DNA from: Leucoraja erinacea | Taxonomy: Eukaryota | Length of the DNA: 64,000 bases | Assembly (NCBI RefSeq): GCF_028641065.1 | Contig: NC_073405.1 | Span: 14,012,001-14,076,000 of the forward strand | Direction: 5' to 3' | Shown: positions 12,300 through 25,042 of the stretch, one piece after another | How positions within the stretch are numbered: the first letter of the stretch is position 1 | Layout of the letters: each line of letters opens with the position of its first letter | The notes under the pieces: generated by a model | Database searches by the model: none | What the model saw: the letters and a program-made list of their open reading frames with translations, nothing else | Told to the model about the DNA's origin: nothing | Program-made: the position numbers and the translations under genes

Positions 12300-12900
12300 A
12301 GTTTAGTTTAGTTCATTATTCTCACGTGTGCCGTGGTAGTGCTGCATGCTAACCAGTTCGCAGAAAGACAATGCATGGTTACAATCGAGCCATCCACATT
12401 GTACAGATACATGATAAAGGGTATGACGTGAATAACGTACAGTGCAAGATAAAGTCCAGTAAAGTCCAATCAAACATAGTCCAAGGGTCTCCAATGAGGT
12501 AGATAGCAGCTCAGGATTGCTCTCAAGTTGTTGGTAGGATGGGTCAGCTGCTTGATTACAGCAGGGAAGAAACTGCCCCTGAATCTGGAGGTGTGTGTTT
12601 TCACGCTTCTATACCTTTTGCTTGATGGAAGAGGGGAGAAGAGGGAGCCAGGGTGCGACTCGTCCTCGATTATGCTGGTGGGTTGCCGAGGCAGGGTGAG
12701 GTATAAATGGAGTTAATGGACGGGAGGTTGATTTGTGTGATGGTCTGGGCTGCGTCCACAATTCTCTGCAATTTCTTGCGGCCTTGGATGGAGCTTTTCC
12801 CAAACCATGCTGTGATGCAGCCCAATAAAATGCTTTCTGCGGCGCATCTGTAGAAGTCGGTGAGAGTTGTTAGGGACATGCTGAAGTCACGAAGCCTTGT
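12300..12900 (-). mobile_element. Rex1/Babar-type LINE 3' fragment
   Basis: ORF 12670-13038 contains FYRCAAESILLGCITAWFG...LQRIVDAAQTIT; CTAAA-type tail near 12300. Confidence 0.75.
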
Positions 12901-13659
12901 ATGGAAGTAGAGGAAGTTAAGTCCGATTAAAGATAGTTCAAAGGTCTGCAGTGAGGTAGGTGGGTCAGGACCACTCTCCAGCTGGTGAGAGGACAGTTCC
13001 GTTGCCTGATTCCAGCAGTGCCCTTTCCTCAAATCCACTCAGTCATTGCTCCTGAACGTTGATGCAGTCGGAGCTGTGTCTTGTCTTTGGTGTGAGCACT
13101 CGCTCCACAAGGAAAGGAACAAGGGATTTGCAAGATCTCGCAGACCACAAAACTGCAGCAGCTGCAGAGCTCGCGACACACCGCAACGTTTGCCTCTTGA
13201 AACCACAGATGTGCCTGAACTGGGTTTTACAAGCACAGGCCTGGATAACAGCAGAGAAAGGAACCTCTCGCCCCCACCTCCCCAACCCTAGCAGAGGGTC
13301 ACCAGGGGGGCTAACGCCGCTCCTACTTGGGTCAAGGCGGGTTGGAGAGGGCGGGGCGGGAGGTGTGGGATCAAGCTCACAGTTATCAGCGCTAGGCTCT
13401 GGTTTCAGCAGGATTCTCAGCCACTTCTGCTTTTTCACCGTGTCGCCTCCGTAAGCGGGAGAGGGATGTGCACAGAATGCTGAACCCACTCAGTCAAAAA
13501 TATACTGTGTGGTTTCTGCCGGTGAGACTCACTGAATGTTGGACAAGTACTGGAGCCAAGTACTGGAGCTCAGCTCTCTCTCCCCAGTGTATCTAACCTC
13601 AGCCAACCTGCCCGGTACAAATGGGCAGCTGCCCAGCCTTGCTCCAGTCAGATGTGACC

Positions 13660-15460
13660 GAGCTGTGACCCCCAAAACCCTGCCCAAAATATTCCATCTA
13701 CTCACAAAGTGTCTGGACCCTGATGGTGTATCTGGTCGAGTTGTCAAAATCCGCACAGACCAACTGGTTAGAGTCTTTGTGGACATCTTCAACCTATCCT
13801 TACTGAGGTTCCCACCTGGTACACTAATACCAAGAAGAGTAAGGTGACGTGCCTCAATGGCTGCCGACCAGTGACACTTATGTCTGTGGTGATGAAGTGC
13901 TTTGTGAGGTTGTTTATGGAAGTGGCTGACTGACCAGGGTGTTTGATTGATACAAATACATCGATAGATGCTCCTGAACACATCATCACTGATGTAACCT
14001 GGGGTCATTGGGTGTTTCGGGTCTTTCAACATCAGACACCCTCACCCAGGCGACCCAGCCGTGGTTGATCAGACCACGACTTGTGTTCAGGTGGCATTCG
14101 CTCCTCCCCATGGACCTCCTCTCCTGATCCAGAGCCATCTCGAGGCCTTCTCCGCTGCCTCTGTGGTGTTCTTGATGGCCCTTCTCCTCGCCACTCCGTT
14201 GATGCCCAGTGCACTCAAGGCTTTGTAGAGTGATTGCCCTGCAAAACCTCTGCAGCCAACCTCGATGGGCATACACCTTGCCTTCCAGCCCTGCTTGCGG
14301 CAGTCTATGACCAGCTCTTCATACTTGGCCAACTTCCTCTCGTGGGCCTCCTCCAGACGGTCCTCCCACGGCACTGTCAGTTCCAACAAGATGATGTTTT
14401 TGGTCGCCTCTGAGACCAGGAGGATATCTGTCGGCTTGCCTGATGGCAAGTGGGTCCCTGATGAAGTGGGCCCCCTTTGTCTCCTGGCAACCAATATTTT
14501 TAGACCCAGTCTGCCACTGGTTTATGGCACATATCAACTCCTACCTCAACAAGAACCTGGAGTCACCACCATTTGCTTATCACCACACAAGATCAACGGG
14601 AGATGTGATCTCACTGGCTCTCCACTCTGCACTTGTCCACTTGGACAATAAAATCACATACATCAGACTGTTATTCATAGACTACAATTCACCGTTCAAC
14701 ACCTTCAAACTTATTAGCAAGCTGAGGAAACAGAGTCTCCCTATGCAACTGGACCCTCGACTTCCTCATCAACAGAACACAATCAGTACAAATTCGCAAC
14801 AACACTTCCTCTTCAATAACCATCAGCACCTGAGCATCTCAAGGCTACGTGCTCAGCCTCCTGCTCTGAACACCCTATAGCCATGACTGTGCAGTTGGAC
14901 TGCCTGTTTACATTTACCAACAACACCACCATTGTTGGATAAATTACAGATAATGATGAGTCAGAGTATTGGAGAGAGATTGATCAATGGTGCCAGAACA
15001 ATCTTGCACTCAACATCAGTAAACCAAAGAACTGATTGTTGACTTTAGATGAGGAAGACCGAGGATACACAAACCTGGTTTCATCGACGGGACAGTGGTG
15101 GAGAGAGTCAAAAACTTCACGTACCTGGGTATGCACATCTCTGAAGATCTGCCCTAGACCCAGCACATTAATGCAATCACAAACAAAGTGCATCAATGCC
15201 GCAACCTCCTAAGAAGATTGAAGAGATCGTGTATGTCGATGAATACGAACTTCTATAGGTGTACAGTGGAGAATATATTGACTTCACATCACAGCCTGGT
15301 TCGGCAACTCGAACGCCCGCGAAGAAATGAGTTTGCAAAAAGTGCTGAACACTGCCCAGTCCACCACGGGTACTGACCGCTCCACCATCGAAGGGATCTA
15401 CAGAAGTCGCTGTCTCAAAGAGACAACCAGCATCATCAGAGACCCACACCTTCCTGACCA
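13660..15460 (+). mobile_element. Rex1/Babar-type LINE, decayed, interrupted by a HERO element
   Basis: PDGVSGRV...DQLVRVFVDIFNLSL, FAYHHTRSTGDVISLALHSALVHLDNK...LLFIDYNSPFNT, LQKVLNTAQSTTG. Confidence 0.8.
13970..14440 (-). mobile_element. R2-group (HERO/NeSL-like) non-LTR retrotransposon 3' end with restriction-like endonuclease domain
   Basis: ORF 14087-14494: DILLVSEATKNIILLELTVPWEDRLEEAHERKLAKYEEL...PIEVGCRGF...AEKASRWLWIRR, matching the (R)PD..E...K..KY RLE signature, followed by a short 3' UTR. Confidence 0.85.
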
Positions 15461-17024
15461 TGCTCTCTCTCTGTCCTCCTACCCTCCCTCTCTCTCCCCC
15501 TCTCTCACATTTCCCTCTCTCTCTCCCTCCCTCCCCCTCTCCCTCCCTCCCACGCAGCAATGCTCTGACTCCGCGCCCAGAGAAATGGGCACTCCTGCTC
15601 TCATTTCAACCCCTTACGTATAAGCTTCACAAGCTTAAGCTTAGGGCCTCGAAATCTAGGGGGGCCTCATCAGGGCCGGATTTACCTCTAGGCTTCGTAG
15701 GCTGAAGCCTAGGGCCTCAAAATCTAGGGTGTTTTTTTCCCCAGAGTAAAAAAATTCCCAAGAAAAATAAAATTGGAGCGCGATCAGCGTTTCCACTTTG
15801 GTGGAAATTACCCGAAATTCTGGTTCTGGCCCACTGGAAGTTTTGGGGACCATCCGCGCCTGCTCAGTTGGGGGAAGCCGGTGACGCAAAATGACGCTAT
15901 CTCACCGCGCGTGCGCAGTGGGCAGTGGGCCTGGGCGGGTTCAGAGCTCCATTTGCACTCCACACAATCACCTCGATGCCTCGTGTCTACCAAAGATCCC
16001 AGGTGTCTACTCCAGGTAAGTAATGGAATATTGTGTTGCGGGAGTGCTGCAGGTGATAATTTCATTGTTCCATTTCAGGTAAAACACTCTAGACCCTCCC
16101 TCCTCTTCCCCTTGCCTCTCTCCCTCCAGTCTCTGCACCTTGTATTACCCATTGCTCTCTCGGACCATAGCTCTTAGTACATTAGCCTTCGTCAGTCATG
16201 TTACAGTTGTATAAGACATGGGTGAGGCCACATTAAGAGTATTGTGTTCAGGTTTGGTCACCGTGTTATAGGAAAGATGTTGACAGGCTGGAAAGGGTGT
16301 AGAGAAGACTTACGGGGATGTGCCAGGACTCGAGAGTCTCAGCTATAGGGAGAGGTTGACCGGACTCTATTCCTTGGAGCGCAGGAGGATAAGGGGTGAT
16401 CTTATAGAGGTGTACAAAATTAGGAAAGGAAGGGATCGGGTAAGTGCACGGAATCCTTTGCCTAGAGTAGGGAAATCGAGAACCAGTCAACAGAAGTTTA
16501 AGGTGAGGGGGGAAAGATTTACTAGGAACCTGAGGAGGAACTTTTTTTACACAAAGGGTGGTGGGTGTATGGAACCATGTTGGTTGACATGGGGAAGTTG
16601 GGCCGAAGGGCCTGTTTCCACGCCGTATGACTCTATAACCGTACCCACCGAATCTCTCAGTTCTCTCTGCCTCGGTGCACACTCAGACCTCAACAGGAAG
16701 CCCGGGGCTTTGACCTTGTTGCAGCTGCCGTCCGCCGGAGCTGAGCGATGGTGGTGGCAGCTGTGCACGGAGACTGTACAGACCGGGGAGGGGGAGGGGG
16801 AGGAACGTGTGGCACAGAGAGCACTGCGATGAGCATCCTGAGCCAGCCCTGCCACTGCGGGTGGAGTTCCCTCCGCCAGGGGGCAGAGCGATGGGTGAAG
16901 GGCGGAGGGCAGACCCAACCAGACCCTGCCCCACCCCTCCCCAAACTAGCTTATGCAACCTCTCTCTATAGCTCACGCACTAGTCCCAGTAAAATCCTCA
17001 TATATCTTTTCTGAACCATTTCTA

Positions 17025-18250
17025 AACTCATCCTTCTAAACTCCAGATTGTACCAGCCCAGCTGCTCCATTCTCCCTGCATATGACAGTCCAGCCATCCC
17101 GGGAAGTCACCTTGTAAACCTACGCTGCCCTCCCTCAGTAGAAGGAATGTCCTTCCTCAAATTAGGGGGCCAAAACTGCACACATTACTCCAGGTGTGGT
17201 CTCACTAGGGCTCTGTACAACTGCAGAAGGACCTCTTTGCTTCTATATTCGATTCCTCTTGTTATAAAGGCCAACATGCCATTTGCTTTCTCCACTGCCT
17301 GCTGTACCTGCATTCTTACTTTCATAGACTGATGTACAAGGACCCCAGATCCCGTTGTACTTCCCCTTTTCCCAACATTTAACCGCATTAAACTTCATCT
17401 GCCATGCATCTGCCCACTCCCCCAACCTGTCCAAGTCACCCTGCATTCTCATAGCATCCTCCTCACAGTTCACACTGCCACCCAGCTTTGTGCCATCTGC
17501 AAATTTGCTAATATTACTTTGAATCCCTTCATCCAAATCATTGATGTATATTGTAAATAGCTGCTGTCCCAGCACCGAGCCTTGCTGCCTAGTCACTGCC
17601 TGCCATTCTGAAAAGGACCCGTTAATCCTACTCTTTGTTTCCTGTCTGCCAACCACTTCTCTATCCATGTCAGCACTCTACCCCCAATACCATGTGCCCT
17701 AATTTTGCCCACTAATCTCCTATGTGAGACCTTATCAAATGCTTTCTGAAAGTCCATGTACACTCCACTGGCTCGCCCTTGTCAATTTTCCTAGTTACAT
17801 CTTCAAAGAAATTCCAGAAGATTAGTCAAGCATGATTTCCCCTTCGTAAATCCATGCTGACTCGGACTGATCCTGTTACTGCTATCCAAAATGTTCGGCT
17901 ATCTCATCTTTTATAATTGACTCCAGCATCTTCCCCACCACCGATGTCAGGCTAACTGGTCTATAATTCCCTGTTTTCTCTCTCTCGCCTTTCTTAAAAA
18001 GTGGGATAACATTAGCTACCCTCCAATCAACAGGAACTGATCCTGAGTCTATAGAACATTGGAAAATTATCACCACTACAACGAAGATTTCTAGAGCCAC
18101 TTCCTTAAGTACCCTAGGATGCAGACCATCAGGCCCTGGAGATTTATCAGCCTTCAGTCCCATCAGTCTATCCGACACCATTTCCTGCCTAATGTGGATT
18201 TCCTTCAGTTCCTCCGTCACCCCAGATCCTCTGGCCACTACCATATCAGG
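17025..18250 (-). mobile_element. CR1 LINE ORF2 fragment
   Basis: KSPGPDGLHPRVLKE...DWRVANVIPLFKKG...NYRPVSLTSVVGKMLE and YINDLDEG...SKFADGTKLGG. Confidence 0.9.
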
Positions 18251-18894
18251 AAGAGTGCAGCTGTCGCCAGGGACAGTGTTCCTGGCCAAAACTTACCTCC
18301 CTCCCACTCGCTGGTCCGGGAGGGAAGGAAGGTGAGAAGATTGGGGAAGTGTCCACCAACACAAACCGTAAGCTGCCTTGTGATGTTCCCACTGTGTGTG
18401 CAGCTGACTGTCAAAGGGTTGAATCTCAGCCCCTAAGTTTAACATTAGCAATCCCAAGCCCCAGAATGGATGGCATCTCTACAATACATTCAGCACAGCA
18501 ACAGATCCTGGAGCGCTTAACGTCAATTTGACCCAGTCCCTTGAAGGCCGGTACCAGAAGATCAAAGGTATCCTCAATGCCGAGGGAAAGTCGCACATCA
18601 ATGATGTTAAGGGTCTTTCCATTAACTACATACTTTTCCCTTACAATATTCTTTCCCTTGCATTTGAGCTCCCAATTGCAACACCTCGCACTTGTACAAG
18701 AGTCAGGGTGATGTTAATGAAGGGGAGATGGAGATTAAATAATTTTGAATGTGCGATCACCACTGGGGCAGTGATGATATTCAGGGGTTCGTGCGATCTC
18801 AAAAGACAAGAGTGTTTATGCACTGATAAATGGAACAATGAAATTCTTACTTGCAGCAGTTTAACGGGCATGCAAACACAAGACATGCAGATAA

Positions 18895-20250
18895 CGCAAT
18901 GCTAGCATTTATTTCAAGAGGGCTTGTATACAAAAACAAGAATGTAATGCTGAGGCTCTATAAGGTGCTGGTAAGGCCACATTTGGAATATTTTGAACAA
19001 TTTTGGGCACAATATCTGAGGAAGGATGTGCTGGCTCAGGAGAGGGTCCAGAGGAGGTTTACAAGAATAATCCCAGGAATGAGTAGGTGAACCTATGATG
19101 AGCGCTTGTCGGCACTGGGCCTGTACTCGCTGGAGTTTAGAAGAATGAGGGGGACCTCTTTGAAACATACAGAATTGAGAAGGGCTTGGATAGAGTGGAT
19201 ATGGAGAGGATGTTTCCACTAGTGGGAGAGTCTAGGACTAGAGGTCATAGCCTCAGAATTAAAGGACGTTCTTTTAGGAAGGAGATGAGGAGAAATTTAT
19301 TTTGTCAGAGGGTGGTGAAGTTGTGGAATTATTTGCCACAGAAAGGCTGCAGAGGTCAACTCAGTGAATATTTCTAAGGCAGAGATGGATAGATTTTTTT
19401 TTTTTTTTTATTTTATTTTTTTTAAATTTTATTTTTATTAGAAGTACGGTAAATTACAATACTACACAACACATATATCTTAATACATTTTTTGTACCGC
19501 TTCATTTTTTTTTTGAGCTTTAAGAAAAAGATAGAAGTAAGGAAAGTAAAGAAAGTGCGCAAGAGTCGTGAAGTGCAAGAGTGTTGGGAAAAGAAAGCCC
19601 TTAGAAAAGAAGTTAGAGAAGGAAGTAAAGTGAGAAAATAGACCCTAGAAAAGAAAGAAAAAGAAAATAGGAACAATCGCTCTATTATAACATTAAACTC
19701 CGCAGAAAGGGGACTACCAACCAAGTCTGATTTTGTTGTTTTACCTCCCGTTACCAGGTCCTGATACCATTAATTTAGTTATTACTATTGCACCTCATAC
19801 TTGTAATAGGTCCAGAAACATAGACCACGTCTTTTGGAATTGGTTGCTTTACCCTGCTAAGAGGAATCTCATCTCTTCCAGAGTATGGATATCCACATTT
19901 TTATTGTTGGTGTGGGCGCATTTTTCCAGAATTTAAGTATAAGCTTTTTTCCCATTATTAGCCCGTAATGAAATAAATTCTTCTGAAACACGTTTAGTTC
20001 AGGGTTACCTTCCGATATTCCAAAGATAATCCATTCTGGTTTTGGTACCAGTTTTATTTTGATTAATTTTGAAAAAATATCAAATATTTCATACCAGATT
20101 AGATTTTTGATTAGTACAGGTGTCAGAGGTTATGGGGAGAAGGCAGGAGAATGGGGTTAGGAGGGAGAGATAGATCAGCCATGATTGAATGGTGGAGTAG
20201 ACTTGATGGGTCCAATGGCCTAATTCTATTCCTATCACTTATGACCTTAT
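18895..20250 (+). mobile_element. CR1 LINE 3' part, split by an L1-like insertion
   Basis: LAFISRG...LYKVLVRPHLEY...[13 protein letters not shown]; CR1 sequence resumes at ~20100 after the insertion. Confidence 0.85.
19399..20099 (-). mobile_element. 5'-truncated L1/Tx1-like LINE with poly(A) tail
   Basis: Poly-T on + strand at ~19394-19440; minus-strand translation WYEIFDIFSKLIKIKLVPKPEWIIFG...LIMGKKLILKFWKNAPTPTIKMW resembles fish L1 ORF2 C-terminus; TSD TAGATTTTT at 19390-19398 and 20100-20108. Confidence 0.7.
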
Positions 20251-20689
20251 AACATATAATAAACAAATATTCAATAAACTAATCGCGCCAATGAATGATT
20301 CTAATGCTGGGTGTCTTGTGCAATGATTGGGCTAAATGTGGAAGATGCATAGTGTTCTATATTGGTTGCTCGCTGCGTCCTCAGATCTGACCACCAGGGA
20401 TCCGCTCACCGGGTTCATATCCCTTTAAGGAGCCGCTCACCGGGTGTTTGTCCCTTTAAGGGAACACCGACCCCCGGTGGCGACAGTGGGCGCTCCTCCT
20501 CTGGTTGCTTGGTGACCTGATGCCCCCTGGTGTTGCTCGCTGGTATTTCACCCCATTCACTATTCTGCCAGCGGCGGAACAGAAGGAGGGAGCCCCAAAC
20601 ACCAGGGCAGAATGAACACAACCTGGGGTTAACTTTACCCTGCGGTCAACGGCCAAACCTTCCCAGATATATGGGCACAACAGAGGCTG

Positions 20690-23150
20690 CAGATCACAGA
20701 GAGCTGGGGAAACTCTGTGGAGGGTAGCACAGGTCAGGCAGCATCTGTGCAAGAAGAAGAATGTAAAAACAAAGAACGGTAGATGATGTTTAATACACAA
20801 AAGGACATAAAGTGTTGGAGTAATTCAGCAGTTCAGGCAGCATCTGGAGAACATGAACAGCATCACTGGAGACTGATTGTAGAGGGCAGAACAAAGGTGG
20901 AAAAGGGGAGAGACAGGAGAGAGCGTACAGGTAATAGGAACAGAGGCAATGGATAAGAACAGAGGTGCGAGGCAGGATTGAAGAGGGGTGGATTGTGGAG
21001 CCGGGGTGGTAAGTAGCATGAGGAGAAGGGAGGTGTGGAGTCCAGATGGGGCACAGGGGAGAGCAGGAGGGGGGGGGGAGAGGGGGGGGGGGGGGGGGGG
21101 GGGGGGGCGTTTGAGGGAAAGAGCTTACCCAAAATTGGAGAATTCAATGTTTCGTAGGGTTACCTGTGGATGGAATATGATGTACAGTGCCACGGGTTTG
21201 CTTGCATCCTCACTCTGGCAATGGACGAGTCAAATCAAGTCTGCAATTTATCCCATCAGGTAAAGCATAAAAAGAAGTTTAATTTGACACCTAATTCACT
21301 TTTATATCTTCAGTCTTAAAAAAGTTATGGCCATTTTCATACTCGGAAATTAGCATCTTGTTCCCTGTTGCTTTTCCATTGACTTAATACAAAGGTTGTG
21401 ATCGAGGACAGTCAAAAGCCTGTAAGTTTTTGCTCTTCAAACCACGCATGACATGCCTTTCTGCCCATTACTTTCCCATTAAGAATGTCCTGTAGATCAT
21501 CATATTTGGAGTAGTCCAAATTCGGATAATCTCTGCAAATGCTGTCTAAATCAGTCTCTTTTGCTGGGCATTTGGATGGACAATTTTGCATTACTTCTTC
21601 GGAAACATCTGTTTAAAATGTAAAGGGGAAAAAAACACTGAACAGCATTAACAGAAACAAGTTATTATTTGCAGTTTTAGAAAAAAGGTAGAAATGATAA
21701 AGTTAAACGCTAAAACAAATAGTAAATACCCAACAAAAAATTCATATTCATCAGTTTCATCAAATCAATTAAATTAATCTAATCAATTAAATTAATCTAA
21801 ATTCTAGGTCTAAACATCTATCCATTTCTTTAAAAAATGTTTTTTTTTAATAGCCTAAGTTTCCAAATAACAAACTAATCCCATTCACACAAGAATTTAC
21901 AATATAACATGATTTTTAAATCTCACTGTCATTAACTTATATGCCAGACGGAAGAAATTTAATGTTTAATTCCCATAAATTAATCTAGAAACATCCACTC
22001 TCAATATAATCAAAATTATTGTTTTTTTGCACAATACATGTTGCTAAAACTGTTGTGGATATTTAGTATAAAAATATTGACTATGGATAGACAGTTACAA
22101 AAAATATAGACGATTTAGATGGTCTTATGACATGATTGTGGAAAAAAAAGAGGATTTAAATCACCTTGCGAGTGGGTGTTTCTGGAATGTGATCGATTGG
22201 AACGTTGCCGTTGCTGTGAATTTTAACCCCATATTTTGTGGCAGCAATGCAACATTGTGGATGCCGGCTGCCGTAAAACTCCAAAGAAGAAGAACCCCAT
22301 ATTAGCAGGCAAAGACACTGCCGGTTCGCATGGGGCCCAAATAACATTTTCGCGTTGTAAAATTAGATTAAAGCCACCCCAAGAAGCAAGATTATATGTG
22401 AAATATACGACATACCTTTTGTTTTGTCCTGATATTACGATCCGTCACGTTGTAGGCGTTGAGGGCGTTCGAAGTCACTTTTTACTTTAATCTAACTATT
22501 AAATTGTCCAGCGATTTTTTAATTAAAAAAACCGGGAACGGAAGTCAGATCGATTTTTCTTCACTGACTAGCAGCCCGAGAAAATCCCTCTCTGACAAGT
22601 GATACAAACCTGCATTTTAATCCCCCCCCCCCACCCCCCCACCCCCTCTCATAGGCGCCAAAGTCACGCACACAGCCAGTGGCAGAACTGCAGCGCCGTT
22701 GAAGTTAGGTTTTGTAACATCGCTACAGTAGGCCTTGGCGGACCGAGCACATGTTCAACGAAACAGTCGCCGAGTGCACGCTTTATCCCGACAATGTAAC
22801 AAGGGGGCAGTAGATGAGGTTGGAGGAGGTGCATGTGAACCTCTGCCTCACGTGGAAGGGCTGCTGGGGTCCATGGATTGAGGTGAGGGAGGAGTATAGA
22901 GACAGGTGATACATCTCCTGCGGTTGCAGTGAAAAGTACCTGGGGAGGAGGTGGTTTGGAATGGAAGGGGTGAGCGAAGTGAGTGGTCTTAGCGGAAGGC
23001 AGAAAGGGGTGGAGCCATGAATCATGGTGGGATCCCGTTGGGGGTGACTGAACGGTCGGAGGATGATGTGTTGAGTGTGAGGCTGGTGGGGTGAAAGGTG
23101 AAGACCAGGGGAACTCTATCCTTGTTCTGTCTAGGGCGAGGAGGGGCGAG
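20690..23150 (-). mobile_element. Decayed Penelope-like element split by a 1.5-kb AT-rich insertion
   Basis: ORF 22783-23025 contains SIHGPQQPFHVRQRFTCTSSNLIYC (GIY-YIG N-terminus); C-terminal EN remnant at 21120-21228; terminus motif near 20700-20860. Confidence 0.7.
21230..22722. mobile_element. Unclassified non-coding AT-rich insertion (probable non-autonomous DNA element)
   Basis: Sharp compositional shift; interrupts collinear Penelope halves; no recognisable ORF or TIR pair. Confidence 0.5.
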
Positions 23151-23219
23151 ATGGGGAAGGTTTAGAGGAATATGGACCAGACACGGGAAAATATGACTAA
23201 CTTAGATGCGATATATATT

Positions 23220-24150
23220 GGTCCTCGATTCCCCTATTCTGGGCAAGAGATTTTGTGCATCTACCCGATATATTCCTCTCATGATTTTATACACCTCTAT
23301 AAGATCACCCTTTATCCTCCTGCGCTCCAAGGAATAGAGACCCAGCCTACTCAACCTCTCCCTATAGCAACAGCCTCGTAAATCTTCTCTGAACCCTTTC
23401 AGGCTTGACAATATCTTTCGTATAACATCGTGCCCAAAACTGAACACAATACTCTAAATGCATTCTCACCAACGTCTTATACAACTGCAACATGACCTCC
23501 CGACTTCTATGTGTAGGAAAGAACTGCAGATGCTGGTTTAAATCAAAGGTAGACACAAAATGCCGGAGTAACTCAACAGGACAAGCATCATCTCTGGAGA
23601 TGCTGCCCGCCCCACTGAGTTACTCCAGCATTTTATGTCTACCTCCCAACTTCTATACTCAATACTTTGGCTGATGAAGGCCAATGTGCCAAAAACCTTT
23701 TTGACCACCTTATCTACCTGTGACTCAACCTTCAAGGAACCATGCACCTGCACTCCTAGATTTCTCTGCACTACAACACTCCCCAGAGGCCTACCATTTA
23801 CTATGTAGGTCCTACCCTTGTTAGACGTCCCAAAATGCAACACCTCGCATTTCTCTGTATTAAATTCCATCAACCATTCCTCAGCCCACGTGGCCAATCG
23901 ATCAAGATCCTGCTGCAATCTTTCACCACCATCTTCACTATCTGCCAAACCACCCACTTTTGTATCATCAGCAAACTTGCTAATCTTGCCCTGTATGTTC
24001 TCATCCAAATCATTGATGTAGATGACAAACAGTAACGGGCCCAGCACCGAACCCTGAGGCCCACCACTAGTCCCAGGCTTGCAGTCCGAGAAGCAACCTT
24101 CCACCATCACCCTCTGCTTCCTTCCATTAAGCCAATTTGCTATCCATTCA
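23220..24150 (-). mobile_element. CR1 LINE RT fragment
   Basis: ORF 23538-24110: GPQGSVLGPLLFVIYINDLD...SKFADDTKVGG...LQQDLDRL. Confidence 0.9.
23511..23640. mobile_element. Short fold-back Penelope-terminus element nested in CR1
   Basis: TSD ACCTCCC(G/A)ACTTCTAT at 23495-23510 and 23641-23656; inverted arms. Confidence 0.75.
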
Positions 24151-24637
24151 GCTATCTTTCCTTGGAGAGATATCGAGGGGGGAGGTAAAGCAACAAGTGT
24201 AGCATCTCCTGCGGTTGCAAGGGAAAGTGCCCGGGGAGGGGCTGGTTCGTGCGGAAAGGGAAGAATTGACCTTTCCTTGAAGGGTTGATCTTTCCTTGGA
24301 TCCTGGTAAATCTTTTCTGAAGTCTTTCAAACGACATCTTTCCTAAAACATTGTGACCAAAACTGAACACAATACTCTAAATGTGGCGTCACCAACGCCT
24401 TATATAACAGTAAAATGGCCTGCCATCTTCTATACTCAATACTCTGACTGATGAAGGCCAATGTGTCGGAAAGCCTTCTTAACCAGTTCCCTGAAAGTGG
24501 TATCACATGTGGATAAGATGCCGATTCTGAGCCGGATCCCCAGATGAATCTCCATCTGCCTTGTGCGTGGACACAGCACTAGTTGCTCAGAATGTGTTCA
24601 TTTCTCAGCCAACAAACGTTGTTCCCTCTGTGAAAGT

Positions 24638-24782
24638 NNNNNNNNNNNNNNNNNNNNNNNNNNNNNNNNNNNNNNNNNNNNNNNNNNNNNNNNNNNNNNN
24701 NNNNNNNNNNNNNNNNNNNNNNNNNNNNNNNNNNNNNNNNNNNNNNNNNNNNNNNNNNNNNNNNNNNNNNNNNNNNNNNNNN
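24638..24782. other. Assembly gap
   Basis: Run of N. Confidence 1.
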
Positions 24783-24945
24783 CACCTTGTCTTGTTCGGA
24801 GCTCGATCGGGCTTTGGTTCGGCTCCGTTTGCAATAATATTGTGTGCATTTCTAGTCGCTCCTTTACATCACCGGGATGTGAAGGTTTTGGGAGAGGGCG
24901 CAGTAGAGGTCCCCCTGAATAAAGCCGGAATAGCGGGTATTAGAG

Positions 24946-25042
24946 GGTCTGAAGAAGGGTTTCGGCCCGAAACGTTGCCTATTTCCTTCGCTCCATAGAT
25001 GCTGCTGCACCCGCTGAGTTTCTCCACATTTTCGTGTACCTC
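24946..25042 (+). mobile_element. Penelope-terminus element beginning at an intact hammerhead-like core
   Basis: GTCTGAAGAAGGGTTTCGGCCCGAAACGTTGCCTATTTCC...; AGAGGGT repeated on both sides. Confidence 0.7.

Noticed and set aside
14000-14045. Hammerhead-like CTGATG...GAAAC in the HERO 3' UTR
   Set aside because: CTGATGT lacks the conserved A9 and there is no convincing helix II or NUH arrangement; kept only as a stem-loop
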